The notes beneath the pieces were generated by a model that did not search any database, was not told the origin of the DNA, and worked only from the letters and a program-made list of their open reading frames with translations. The position numbers were made by a program, and so were the translations under genes. A DNA stretch of 20,000 nucleotides from the IMG/VR virus record IMGVR_UViG_3300022660_001620. The stretch is one strand, 5' to 3'. How positions within the stretch are numbered: position 1 is the first letter of the stretch; every line of letters begins with the position of its first letter. This document shows positions 1 to 7,633 of the stretch, in pieces. The stretch comes from an uncultured virus (IMG/VR IMGVR_UViG_3300022660_001620). Taxonomy: Duplodnaviria; Heunggongvirae; Uroviricota; Caudoviricetes.

Positions 1-213
1 CAGGCACCCGCCCAGGACGCAAAGACCGCCGCCGAGCTGATCGCTTCCCGCTTCGCAGGCTTTGCAGGCGTGACCGCCACCATCAAGGGCGCACAGACCG
101 CCGCGCCGGTGGTATGGCTGGCAGGCGATACCGAGAAACACGCCGACGCGATCAAGGCAGCAGGCGCAAAATGGAGCAACAAAAAATCTGCCTTTTATGT
201 CCGCGTCGCCTGA
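1..213 (+). CDS. 3' end of a hypothetical protein (partial)
   Basis: Frame 1 is open from base 1 to TGA 211-213: ...VVWLAGDTEKHADAIKAAGAKWSNKKSAFYVRVA*. Not in the ORF track because its start lies outside the window. Confidence 0.75.
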   Translation, partial: QAPAQDAKTAAELIASRFAGFAGVTATIKGAQTAAPVVWLAGDTEKHADAIKAAGAKWSNKKSAFYVRVA

Positions 214-275
214 CCCGGACACCCGGACACCCGGACACCTTCGCGGGCCGCACCGGCACAAAGCGACCCGACCCC
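213..275. repeat. Intergenic hairpin repeat, copy 1, with ACCCGGAC triplicated at 213-236
   Basis: ACCCGGACACCTTCG-CGGGCCGC-ACCGGCACAAA-GCGACCCG-ACCCC; homologous copies at 807-852 and 1955-2002. Confidence 0.9.
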
Positions 276-315
276 AGGCCACCGGCCACAAAATCACAAA
301 ATGGAGGTACACAAA

Positions 316-798
316 ATGTCCAGCTTCATCATGTCGCCCCAGTCCCACGCGACCCTTGCAAACGCCCTGGAATATATCTTGAACAGCGGCTTTAACCGCT
401 TCGGCTTTGACGCTCCCGACACCCTGCACAAAGCCCTGAATGACTGCCGTGATCGTTACGGCTTCTACTGTAACGGCCTGATCTACAACCGGCTTTACAG
501 CCTGAACGCCCGCGCCGTAGATACCCGATACAAACACGCGGACGCTTCCCAGGTGCCAGATATGCCGGAGGTGCCGCCGCTGATCGAGGAGCGCCAGCGC
601 GTCAACCACCACGAAAAGCTGCTGCCCTGGCATTACAAATTCTGCAAGATGCTTGATTGCCAGATTTACCAATCCAGTGAGGACGCGACCCGAAACGACC
701 CGCTTTTGCTTGCCCTGATCGACTTCTCCCGCGTCTACAAATCGTTTCTTGTGACCAACACCGACGAATACGACGCCGCCCCATGGGGCTGCATCTGA
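316..798 (+). CDS. Hypothetical protein (160 aa)
   Basis: GGAGG at 303-307, ATG 316 (MSSFIMS...), host-like codon usage; no family recognised. Confidence 0.8.
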   Translation: MSSFIMSPQSHATLANALEYILNSGFNRFGFDAPDTLHKALNDCRDRYGFYCNGLIYNRLYSLNARAVDTRYKHADASQVPDMPEVPPLIEERQRVNHHEKLLPWHYKFCKMLDCQIYQSSEDATRNDPLLLALIDFSRVYKSFLVTNTDEYDAAPWGCI

Positions 799-806
799 GC
801 CACAAG

Positions 807-852
807 ACCCGGAAACCTTGGCGGGCCGCACCGGCGAAAGCGACCCGACCCC
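807..852. repeat. Intergenic hairpin repeat, copy 2
   Basis: ACCCGGAAACCTTGG-CGGGCCGC-ACCGGCGAAA-GCGACCCG-ACCCC. Confidence 0.9.
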
Positions 853-889
853 AGCCAAACGGCACAAAACAAAACAGGAGGAAAAGACC

Positions 890-1924
890 ATGTACGAACA
901 ATACAGCATGATCGACCCGGCCCCGGAACAAACCACCCCGGAAGCGGAACAGACAGCCCCGGAAGCGGAGCAGGCCCAGCCCGAAACGGAACAGACCGCA
1001 CCGGCGACCCGCTATTATGAGATCAGCGAAAGCACTGCCCGCCGGGCGCACGACATGAACTCCATGCGGGACTATCCCACAAACCGTGCAACCGACGAAT
1101 ACCGCGCCGCCGTTGACGCTGCCGCCGCCCTGGTAGCATCCAAAAAGGCCAGCGTCAGCCCCTACTACCACGACAAGCTGGACGGCCTGCTTGATCGCTA
1201 CGCCCGCCGCCTTGCCGAGTGGACAAACGCATACAACCGCAACCGGGCGAGCTGCCCCAGCATCCTTGTTTCCGGCGGCTCCAATTTCCCGGTCAACAAG
1301 AAGAACAAGCAGAACGCCCGCGAGGACAGCTTGTGGCAAGAGTACAAAACCATCGAGGCCATCTTGGAAAAGATCAAGAGCGTCGGCACCGGCCCCGTTG
1401 ACCTGACCGACCCCCACGCCCGCGAAATCCTCACCGATCAGCTCAACGCCTACCAAAAGGCCCTGGATGATGCAAAGGCCGCAAACGCCTATTACCGCAA
1501 GCACAAAACGCTGGACGGCTGCCCCGGCATCGGCCCCAGGGAACGCGAATGGCTGACCCGGCCCGGCGTGTTCGCAAAGGGCGGCGGCTCCCCGCTGGAG
1601 CTGTACGGCTGCCCGTTCCCGCCTTACGAACTGCAAAGCCGCCGGGGATATATCAAGCGCGTTGCTGACCGTCTGGCCGAGCTGGACAGACTGGAAGCGG
1701 CAAAGGCCAACCCCGCCGAAAGCACAAAATTTGACGGCGGCGAGATCGTCCGCAACGCCGTGGAAAACCGGCTGCAAATCCTCTTTGACGACAAGCCCGA
1801 CGAGGACACCCGCGCCGCGCTGAAAGCAAACGGCTTCCGCTGGTCGCCCCGCAACCAGGCATGGCAGCGCCAGCTTACTGACAACGCCGAAAGCGCCGCT
1901 CGCCGGGCGCTGGGCCTGAACTGA
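890..1924 (+). CDS. Hypothetical multidomain protein (344 aa) resembling polyvalent/early-transfer protein domains of Firmicutes mobile elements
   Basis: AGGAGG then ATG 890. N-terminal 7-aa tandem repeats (PEAEQTA), central SCPSILVSGGSNFPVNKK motif, C-terminal RLQILFDDKPD...LKANGFRWSP...AWQRQLT domain. The family resemblance is from memory only. Confidence 0.8.
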   Translation: MYEQYSMIDPAPEQTTPEAEQTAPEAEQAQPETEQTAPATRYYEISESTARRAHDMNSMRDYPTNRATDEYRAAVDAAAALVASKKASVSPYYHDKLDGLLDRYARRLAEWTNAYNRNRASCPSILVSGGSNFPVNKKNKQNAREDSLWQEYKTIEAILEKIKSVGTGPVDLTDPHAREILTDQLNAYQKALDDAKAANAYYRKHKTLDGCPGIGPREREWLTRPGVFAKGGGSPLELYGCPFPPYELQSRRGYIKRVADRLAELDRLEAAKANPAESTKFDGGEIVRNAVENRLQILFDDKPDEDTRAALKANGFRWSPRNQAWQRQLTDNAESAARRALGLN

Positions 1925-1954
1925 CAACCAATTTCGTGGCCCCACGAAAATGAT

Positions 1955-2002
1955 ACCCGGACACCTTGGAGCCGTCGCACCGGCATAAAGCGACGGCACC
2001 CC
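1955..2002. repeat. Intergenic hairpin repeat, copy 3
   Basis: ACCCGGACACCTTGGA-GCCGTCGC-ACCGGCATAAA-GCGACGGC-ACCCC; perfect 8-bp stem. Confidence 0.9.
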
Positions 2003-2046
2003 ATACACAACCCGCCGCCCAGGGTAAAGGGCAGGGAGGACGCAAA

Positions 2047-2235
2047 ATGACCATCCGCGAGTATGCAAAAAGCGTCGGCTTTGAGATCGTCGGCAAGCTG
2101 ACCCGCAAAGTTGAACCCTACGGCATAGACCGAAAGCAGCGTGTCTATATCGACGAGGCCGGGAACAAATATTACCCCGACAACGGCGATGCCTGCGGTT
2201 TCTGCATCGTGACCGTTGACGGCAAGATCATCTGA
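2047..2235 (+). CDS. Small hypothetical protein (62 aa)
   Basis: GGGAGG RBS, ATG 2047 (MTIREYAK...). Confidence 0.7.
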   Translation: MTIREYAKSVGFEIVGKLTRKVEPYGIDRKQRVYIDEAGNKYYPDNGDACGFCIVTVDGKII

Positions 2236-2254
2236 CAAAACGGATGTACACAAA

Positions 2255-2413
2255 ATGGAACTGAATTGGAATATCCCCAGTGAAAGCCTGATACTGGACA
2301 AACTCGACGAGCTGCGCCAGGCTTTAGAGAACTTCCCCGAAAGCAGGCTTGCCCCTGTATGGCGACATGCTATCGAGGAGCTGGAAGCCCAGCTTCCTTG
2401 CAGCAAAGATTAA
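2255..2413 (+). CDS. Small hypothetical protein (52 aa)
   Basis: ATG 2255 (MELNWNIP...), preceded by GGATGTACACAAAATG, a near copy of the RBS region at 303-318. Confidence 0.5.
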   Translation: MELNWNIPSESLILDKLDELRQALENFPESRLAPVWRHAIEELEAQLPCSKD

Positions 2414-2436
2414 CAAACTCACAAGGAGGAATGCAC

Positions 2437-2904
2437 ATGATTGACCGATACAACCACTACGCCCGCTACAATGAGCTGATGGCCCTTGCATCTGGCTCCG
2501 CCCCTGCGCGCCGGAATGACGGTGGCTACATGGCCGCCCTTTACATTCTCTCCGCCGACACAGAACTGTATGGCATCGCCCGCTCCAAGATCGGCAGCAA
2601 CGGCGTTAGCTTTAGCAGTCTGTTAAGCGCAGCCCGCCGCGCCGAGCTGTCCGATTCTCAGGTTATCGCCGCCAAAGCGGCGCACAGCCTGTTCAATGGC
2701 GGTTCTGGCTCTACCACGCCTTGCGATCTTGTCCACTGCGATTACAGCACTCTGGACATCATCACCGACGCGCTGTATATCTGGAAAGGCGGGCGCATCC
2801 CCGCCGCCGACGGCAGCGGCCAAATGTACCTTGACCGCTCCACCGAGCACCGCCACAGGAGTTTTGAAGTTGCGCTTGCACAACACTTTGCCGCAGAGGC
2901 GTGA
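2437..2904 (+). CDS. Hypothetical protein (~155 aa)
   Basis: AAGGAGG RBS, ATG 2431 or 2437 (MIDRYNHY...). Confidence 0.75.
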   Translation: MIDRYNHYARYNELMALASGSAPARRNDGGYMAALYILSADTELYGIARSKIGSNGVSFSSLLSAARRAELSDSQVIAAKAAHSLFNGGSGSTTPCDLVHCDYSTLDIITDALYIWKGGRIPAADGSGQMYLDRSTEHRHRSFEVALAQHFAAEA

Positions 2905-2951
2905 CCCGAGATTCCACCTTTCCACAAAACGACCCGCACAGGAGGCAAGCT

Positions 2952-3188
2952 ATGTTCATTGCACCCGCAGGCACCGCCCTGTACACAAAAGAGCATGACG
3001 GCACAATCCAGCGTTGGTATCTGGATAGCTGGCACGGCGACTGGTTTTCCGTCGCCACAAAAAAGAACGCCAGGCTGTCCGACTACAAGCGCTACTATCC
3101 TGCCGCCGAGATTGGCACGGCCATCTATAAAACCCGGAAAGAGGCCGTTGCGGCACCCCGCCCGGCCACCGTTTACCAGCCGCGCTAA
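2952..3188 (+). CDS. Small hypothetical protein (78 aa)
   Basis: AGGAGG RBS, ATG 2952 (MFIAPAGT...). Confidence 0.7.
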   Translation: MFIAPAGTALYTKEHDGTIQRWYLDSWHGDWFSVATKKNARLSDYKRYYPAAEIGTAIYKTRKEAVAAPRPATVYQPR

Positions 3189-3196
3189 AAAAGCAT

Positions 3197-3225
3197 TAGA
3201 CCATCTTGATTTCGTATGATATAAT
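3197..3225 (+). promoter_or_regulatory. Sigma-A type promoter with extended -10
   Basis: TAGACC-N17-TATAAT with TGn immediately before the -10 (3217-3225). Confidence 0.65.
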
Positions 3226-3262
3226 GCGACAAAACGAGAATACGCAGAAACGAGGCGATACA

Positions 3263-3532
3263 GTGGACAATGCACACGCAATATACCCCGCGTTCCGTCT
3301 GGTGGCGCAGTTTGCCGACGGAACACGGCTTTTGTTCGACGGTTTCACCGAGGAGCAGGCCCAGCAGCGCATGGAGGCCGCCCAGGCCCAGCATGGGGAA
3401 ATCACCTGGTACGACGGCGTGACCGACGAACACTACGAAAACGGCAGATTTTACAAGCTCACCCCGCCACCGCCGGAGATCAGCATGATCGACCTGACGG
3501 AATACGGCCCACTTCACGAAAAGGAGGAATGA
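3263..3532 (+). CDS. Small acidic hypothetical protein (~89 aa)
   Basis: GAGG then GTG 3263, downstream of the promoter; ends 3 nt before the next gene. Confidence 0.7.
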   Translation: MDNAHAIYPAFRLVAQFADGTRLLFDGFTEEQAQQRMEAAQAQHGEITWYDGVTDEHYENGRFYKLTPPPPEISMIDLTEYGPLHEKEE

Positions 3533-3535
3533 CCA

Positions 3536-3757
3536 ATGCCTGTATCAGAAGCAAAGCGCCGCAACAATGATAAATACAATGCCAAATGCGACTATATCAG
3601 CATCCGCCCTGTAAAGCCCGTTGGCGCAGCCATCCGGGCCGCCGCGAAAGCAGCCGGGCAAAGTGTCCAGGGCTACATCCTGCAATCCTGCGCCGAGCGT
3701 CTGACGCGCGAGGGCCAGCCCTTGGAGCTGCCCGCAGAAGAAACCGACGCAGAGTGA
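3536..3757 (+). CDS. Small ribbon-helix-helix/Arc-like DNA-binding protein
   Basis: AAGGAGG RBS. Sequence SEAKRRNNDKYNAK-DYISIRP...IRAAAKAAGQSVQGYILQ fits the beta-helix-G-S-helix RHH pattern. Confidence 0.7.
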   Translation: MPVSEAKRRNNDKYNAKCDYISIRPVKPVGAAIRAAAKAAGQSVQGYILQSCAERLTREGQPLELPAEETDAE

Positions 3758-3768
3758 CCACAAAACAA

Positions 3769-3818
3769 AACACCGCCACGGAAAGCCAGACCGGCCCGCC
3801 GTGGCGGTGTTCTTTTTT
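3769..3818 (+). terminator. Intrinsic terminator, probably bidirectional
   Basis: 13-bp stem AACACCGCCACGG/CCGTGGCGGTGTT, T-tract after and A-rich run before; lies between convergent gene blocks. Confidence 0.8.
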
Positions 3819-4016
3819 GCTCATTCGCAAATTGTTTTTCCAGCGCCGCCACAGAGCGGCGGAAATCCTTTCGCGTTGCGCGTATGGTATTTTCCCTCAC
3901 TTGCCTTATAGGACGGCCCGTGCGCCCTGCTGGCCGCCACAAAAGCAGCTCTCCGGCAGCCTTGAAAGCGGGGGCTTTTCTCCCGCTCCAAAGTGCGGAA
4001 TTTTTTTCGGCGCTTA

Positions 4017-4499
4017 TTAGGTACGCGCGCGCGAGGCACGGGCCACAAGATCACCCGCGCCGGGCAGCTCCTCCAGCACTTCACCGAAACGCTCCATAGC
4101 CTTTTCGTGCCAATGGCGGGCCGTGCTGTCCGGGGTGTTGGTTCTGGTGGAGATTTTACCCCAACTGTACCCAAAAACATGGCGCATCAAGATCACCTGT
4201 TTGTACCTACCGTTCAGGGTGTCCAGGCAGGCCCGGATATTGGCCGCGTCTGCGGTCAGCTCCCGCTCCTTTTCCTCGATCTCCCGCAGCCGGTCACCAA
4301 TTCCGTTTTCCGCGACCCGCATCCCCATTGCTTCCGTCGGTTTTCCCGGCGACGAGCCATGCGGCATCCCATCAGCCGCCACGCCGCGCAGCCCGTTATA
4401 TTCCTGTTCCAGTTCCTCGCGCTCCTGTTTCAGCAGCCGCAGCATCCCCGGAATAGCCTTGTAATACATGGCTACGCGCTTCACGCTTTCGTACCGCAT
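4017..4499 (-). CDS. Phage transcriptional activator, RinA/ArpU/DUF1492-like (sigma-70 region-4 HTH)
   Basis: DGMPHGS motif, coiled coil, then LNGRYKQVILMRHVFGYSWGKIS...STARHWHEKA HTH. Last gene of the early operon. Confidence 0.75.
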   Translation of the reverse strand: MRYESVKRVAMYYKAIPGMLRLLKQEREELEQEYNGLRGVAADGMPHGSSPGKPTEAMGMRVAENGIGDRLREIEEKERELTADAANIRACLDTLNGRYKQVILMRHVFGYSWGKISTRTNTPDSTARHWHEKAMERFGEVLEELPGAGDLVARASRART

Positions 4500-4522
4500 C
4501 CCGTCGCCTCCTGTTCCCGCTG

Positions 4523-5155
4523 TTAAGTCAGCGTCCTGCCAAAAATCGGCTCGGTGGCCTCCGATTCGTCCACCTCCACCGGCTCACCCACCAGGGCGCT
4601 CAGTCTCCGGGCAAGCGCCGCATAGCCGTAATAATCCCCGCTCTCGGCGTACCCGCCAAACTTCCTGAAATTATCCTCCGTGGCCTTGACCGTCACAGCG
4701 ATACGCTCCTGTCCAAAGCCCAGCACTTTCTTTGTGGAAAGCACATAGATTTTTACCACCGTTTCCGCCGCGTCCCGCTGTTCGCCCAGCATCCGCCACT
4801 CCCGGTTGTTCTTCGGGGATTTGACCGCCGGAAGCACAAAACCGCCCGGCAGCAGATCGCCCAGTTCCTCGTCCAGTTTTTTCTTGGCCCGCTCCAACCC
4901 CACGGCTTTCTTGTTGGTGTCAAAGCGTCCCGCACGGGCGGCGGCATCGTCAACCACCCTCTGCAACCGGCTTTCGCCAATGCCGTAGCAGTCATTCAGG
5001 GCCACGATGAAGCACATCCCGATCACATCAGCCGCCGCCCGCCTGTTTTCGTCCACGCGCTGGCTCTCCGGCTTTTTCCCGCTGAGAAAATTCCGCTCCG
5101 TCTGCCGGACGATGTTCCGCCCGTAATAGATCGGCATCCTGTTCTTTCGGCTCAT
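4523..5155 (-). CDS. Hypothetical phage protein (210 aa)
   Basis: ATGA overlap with the upstream gene, AGGAGG RBS. Shows an apparent internal duplication (AAADVI...YGIGESRL vs AAETVV...LGFGQERI). Confidence 0.8.
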   Translation of the reverse strand: MSRKNRMPIYYGRNIVRQTERNFLSGKKPESQRVDENRRAAADVIGMCFIVALNDCYGIGESRLQRVVDDAAARAGRFDTNKKAVGLERAKKKLDEELGDLLPGGFVLPAVKSPKNNREWRMLGEQRDAAETVVKIYVLSTKKVLGFGQERIAVTVKATEDNFRKFGGYAESGDYYGYAALARRLSALVGEPVEVDESEATEPIFGRTLT

Positions 5156-5670
5156 GGTTTTCCTCCTTTTGCCAGCTCCCGCCAGCGTTTCACTTCTTCC
5201 TTGCTGTCTGCCGTGATGATCTCCGTAAACTTCCAGCCCGCAGGCCGGGCAATCAGCTCCAAAAACACCCGCCGCCGCACGGGGTAATCCCGCTGCATCC
5301 GCCGGACGAACTTGCTCTTGACCTCCACGATCTCCACGGTGCCGTCGGCATATTTCAGGCGAAAATCCGCCGTGTATTGCACAGGGCGCAGCTTTACACC
5401 GCCGTATTCACCGGCGGGGAACAGGGGAAAGCGCGGGTGCGCCTCCCACTCCACGATCTCACCACGGGCCACTTTGGGCGCAATGGTTCCTATGTAATAC
5501 TCATACTCGCCCCGGCTGTCAAAGTCACGGCCAGCAGCAGCGGCGGCCTTGACGGCATCGGCCAGCGCGTCCACCATGTCGTTGCGCTTCTTCCTGCCCT
5601 TGACGATCTGCTGCTCCGCCTGCGCACGATAACGGGGCGGCAAGTCCGACAGCTCCAGGCGCAGCGACAT
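5152..5670 (-). CDS. DUF1064-like PD-(D/E)XK nuclease
   Basis: FDSRGEYEYY, YTADF and EVKS motifs. Confidence 0.75.
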   Translation of the reverse strand: MSLRLELSDLPPRYRAQAEQQIVKGRKKRNDMVDALADAVKAAAAAGRDFDSRGEYEYYIGTIAPKVARGEIVEWEAHPRFPLFPAGEYGGVKLRPVQYTADFRLKYADGTVEIVEVKSKFVRRMQRDYPVRRRVFLELIARPAGWKFTEIITADSKEEVKRWRELAKGGKP

Positions 5671-6242
5671 TACAGCCCCTCCCGGCGCTGTTCGTCCTGC
5701 GTTGCCAGCATATCGGCGGTGTGGAGTGCCAGCACAAGGGGCGTTTTTTTCATGGCGGCGTTGAGCGCACGGCTCCCGCCACGGAAAGCGTCGTCATACG
5801 CGCCCATGTGCCAGCGGATGGCAAGGGCCTCGTCGTCGGTCAGCTTCATGTACTGCTGAATGAGATACACGGACTTCTCCCCGTGTCCCATGGGCAGACG
5901 CTCCTTGACCTCCCAGCCCGGCACATCCTCCCACTGCCCCTGCGCGTTTTTCTTCCGCTTGGTGGTGGGGGAGTAATATTCCGCCTTGCAGACATCGTGC
6001 AGCAGGGCCACGATGGCGTGGCTCTCCCCGGAATACTCGTCCCGCGTTCTGTAATTCCCGATCAGGGCATAGTAGACATTCAGGCTATGATCTACCAGCC
6101 CGCCGGGGTAGGCTCCGTGGTGCTTCGTGCTGGCCGGTGCCGTGAAAAAGTCTGTACTTTTCAGCCATTCCAGCAGCTCCGCCGCGCCCTCCCGGTTGAT
6201 CTGCGTTTCAAAGATTGCCTTGAAACACTCCGCTTTTGTCAT
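5670..6242 (-). CDS. HD-domain phosphohydrolase
   Basis: APAS..HH..YPGGLVDHS, LLHDVCK, GHGEKS, IRWHMG, HTAD motifs. Confidence 0.9.
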   Translation of the reverse strand: MTKAECFKAIFETQINREGAAELLEWLKSTDFFTAPASTKHHGAYPGGLVDHSLNVYYALIGNYRTRDEYSGESHAIVALLHDVCKAEYYSPTTKRKKNAQGQWEDVPGWEVKERLPMGHGEKSVYLIQQYMKLTDDEALAIRWHMGAYDDAFRGGSRALNAAMKKTPLVLALHTADMLATQDEQRREGL

Positions 6243-7105
6243 TCCCGTTTCCTCCTTTGCGGTGGTCTTGGTTTATGTCCTCCGCCGTGCCAGCACTCGG
6301 CCCGGCGTAAGATCACGGTGGTGTGACGAAAACCGGCATCGCTGACCTTGGTTTCCACCCTGTTCAGGGTGTAGCCGGGGTATTTGTGTTCCCAGTATGC
6401 CGCATCGTCTATGTACATGGTGCTGGCATCTTCCAGCTTCTTGCGGCTCCACTTGCTGTCATTGGGGGGCGGGGTCTTGGGCTTCTCCAGCCCCCGGCTT
6501 TGCCTCCAGCTCCGGGCGCACCGCTTGTTTTTGCTTATATATCTAACAAGGCTCTCCACGCTGCCATGGTCAACATCCAGGTATTCGCAGCGTGTCATGC
6601 CGATTTTCCCGTGTTTATCGTGCCACAGTTCCTCCAGCACATCGCGGTTAAGGCCCTTGGTATGCTGGATGATGGCGTGGTGATGGTGACGGCCACAAAC
6701 GCCGCCGTCCTCGGTGATAGTGCTGTACTCCGTGGCAGCTACCCACTTCGGGCGCTCTACCTGGTGCTTGTCACACCAGCGGTACAGCCTCTTGATGAAG
6801 TTTGTAAAATCCAGATCGGCCCGCTTCGTGTCGCCCGGCTCCGGCAAGTGTTCGTCGCTGTATGTTCCCGTCCAGGAGAAGTCCCCCTGTCCAAAGTTGG
6901 TGTTGACGAGCTGCACATGATACCGCTTTGCCCGGTTGTCGTTGTAGGTCTGTTGGGCCAGGGAGGAGGCTTCTTTTCTCTTTGCTCTCCGGCTGGCCCT
7001 GTGCTGGCTTACCGTCACCGGGTATAGATCGACTTCCATGTACGGCGCTGTGTCGTAGTCCTTGCCGCAGATATGCTTTTGTTCCCGGTAGTACATCTGG
7101 CCCAC
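6239..7105 (-). CDS. HUH-endonuclease, rolling-circle Rep-like replication protein
   Basis: Motif 1-like SWTGTY, motif 2 HHHAII, motif 3 LVRYISK. GGAGG RBS with GTG 7105 (alternative ATG 7096). Confidence 0.7.
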   Translation of the reverse strand: MGQMYYREQKHICGKDYDTAPYMEVDLYPVTVSQHRASRRAKRKEASSLAQQTYNDNRAKRYHVQLVNTNFGQGDFSWTGTYSDEHLPEPGDTKRADLDFTNFIKRLYRWCDKHQVERPKWVAATEYSTITEDGGVCGRHHHHAIIQHTKGLNRDVLEELWHDKHGKIGMTRCEYLDVDHGSVESLVRYISKNKRCARSWRQSRGLEKPKTPPPNDSKWSRKKLEDASTMYIDDAAYWEHKYPGYTLNRVETKVSDAGFRHTTVILRRAECWHGGGHKPRPPQRRKRE

Positions 7106-7144
7106 GACACTCACTCCCTCCAACTCGCCACCCCTGAGAGCAGC

Positions 7145-7297
7145 ACACGCTTACGGCGTGTCCCTTAACTTAATGCTGATATACCAGCCCATTGTCGGCC
7201 CTCGCCGACATTGTTTTTTCCCGCCGCCACGGCAGGAACAGGATTTTTCTGCAACCGGCGAGGCCGCGCCGCCATGCGACGCGACCGTTTCCGGCTG
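7145..7297 (-). other. Multi-hairpin intergenic region upstream of Rep; candidate origin or regulatory leader
   Basis: Stems at 7145-7161, 7193-7210, 7218-7238 and 7252-7297 around an AT-rich core at 7165-7183. Confidence 0.5.
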
Positions 7298-7633
7298 TTA
7301 AATTGTCTCGTCCGGCGGCAGTTTCAGCAGCTCTTTGAGCTGTTTCCAGATGCGGAATTGCCGCTTGTCCACCCGCTCCACACCGTCCCTGATAAGGGAC
7401 AGGCGGGCGATGATCTGGTCAGAATCCCGGCGGCGCTCCGCTTCGATCTGTCGCTCGATCTTGTTCCTGCCCGCCGTGCGGGCGATGGTAGTACGGTAGC
7501 TCACCGAGAGCGTCCGCCCGCTCAACAGGTGGACATCCAGAGAATACGGACAATCCCCGGTGCCTCTGTCCGTTGCGGCGATGTACTCCACCTGTTCCGC
7601 CGCGATGGTGTAATAGCCCTCAAAGTCGATCAT
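7298..7633 (-). CDS. Hypothetical protein (111 aa)
   Basis: ATGA overlap with the upstream ORF; operon packing. Confidence 0.75.
   Translation of the reverse strand: MIDFEGYYTIAAEQVEYIAATDRGTGDCPYSLDVHLLSGRTLSVSYRTTIARTAGRNKIERQIEAERRRDSDQIIARLSLIRDGVERVDKRQFRIWKQLKELLKLPPDETI

Noticed and set aside
213..2002. Hairpin repeats as CRISPR repeats, terminators or known self-cleaving ribozymes
   Set aside because: They are separated by whole genes and have no T-tract. No hammerhead core (CTGAnGA...GAAA) and no room for the HDV P2/P3 elements by eye.
602..2068. 488-aa minus-strand ORF
   Set aside because: Antisense shadow of the GC-rich plus-strand genes, which have RBSs and protein-like sequence; no motif or RBS of its own.
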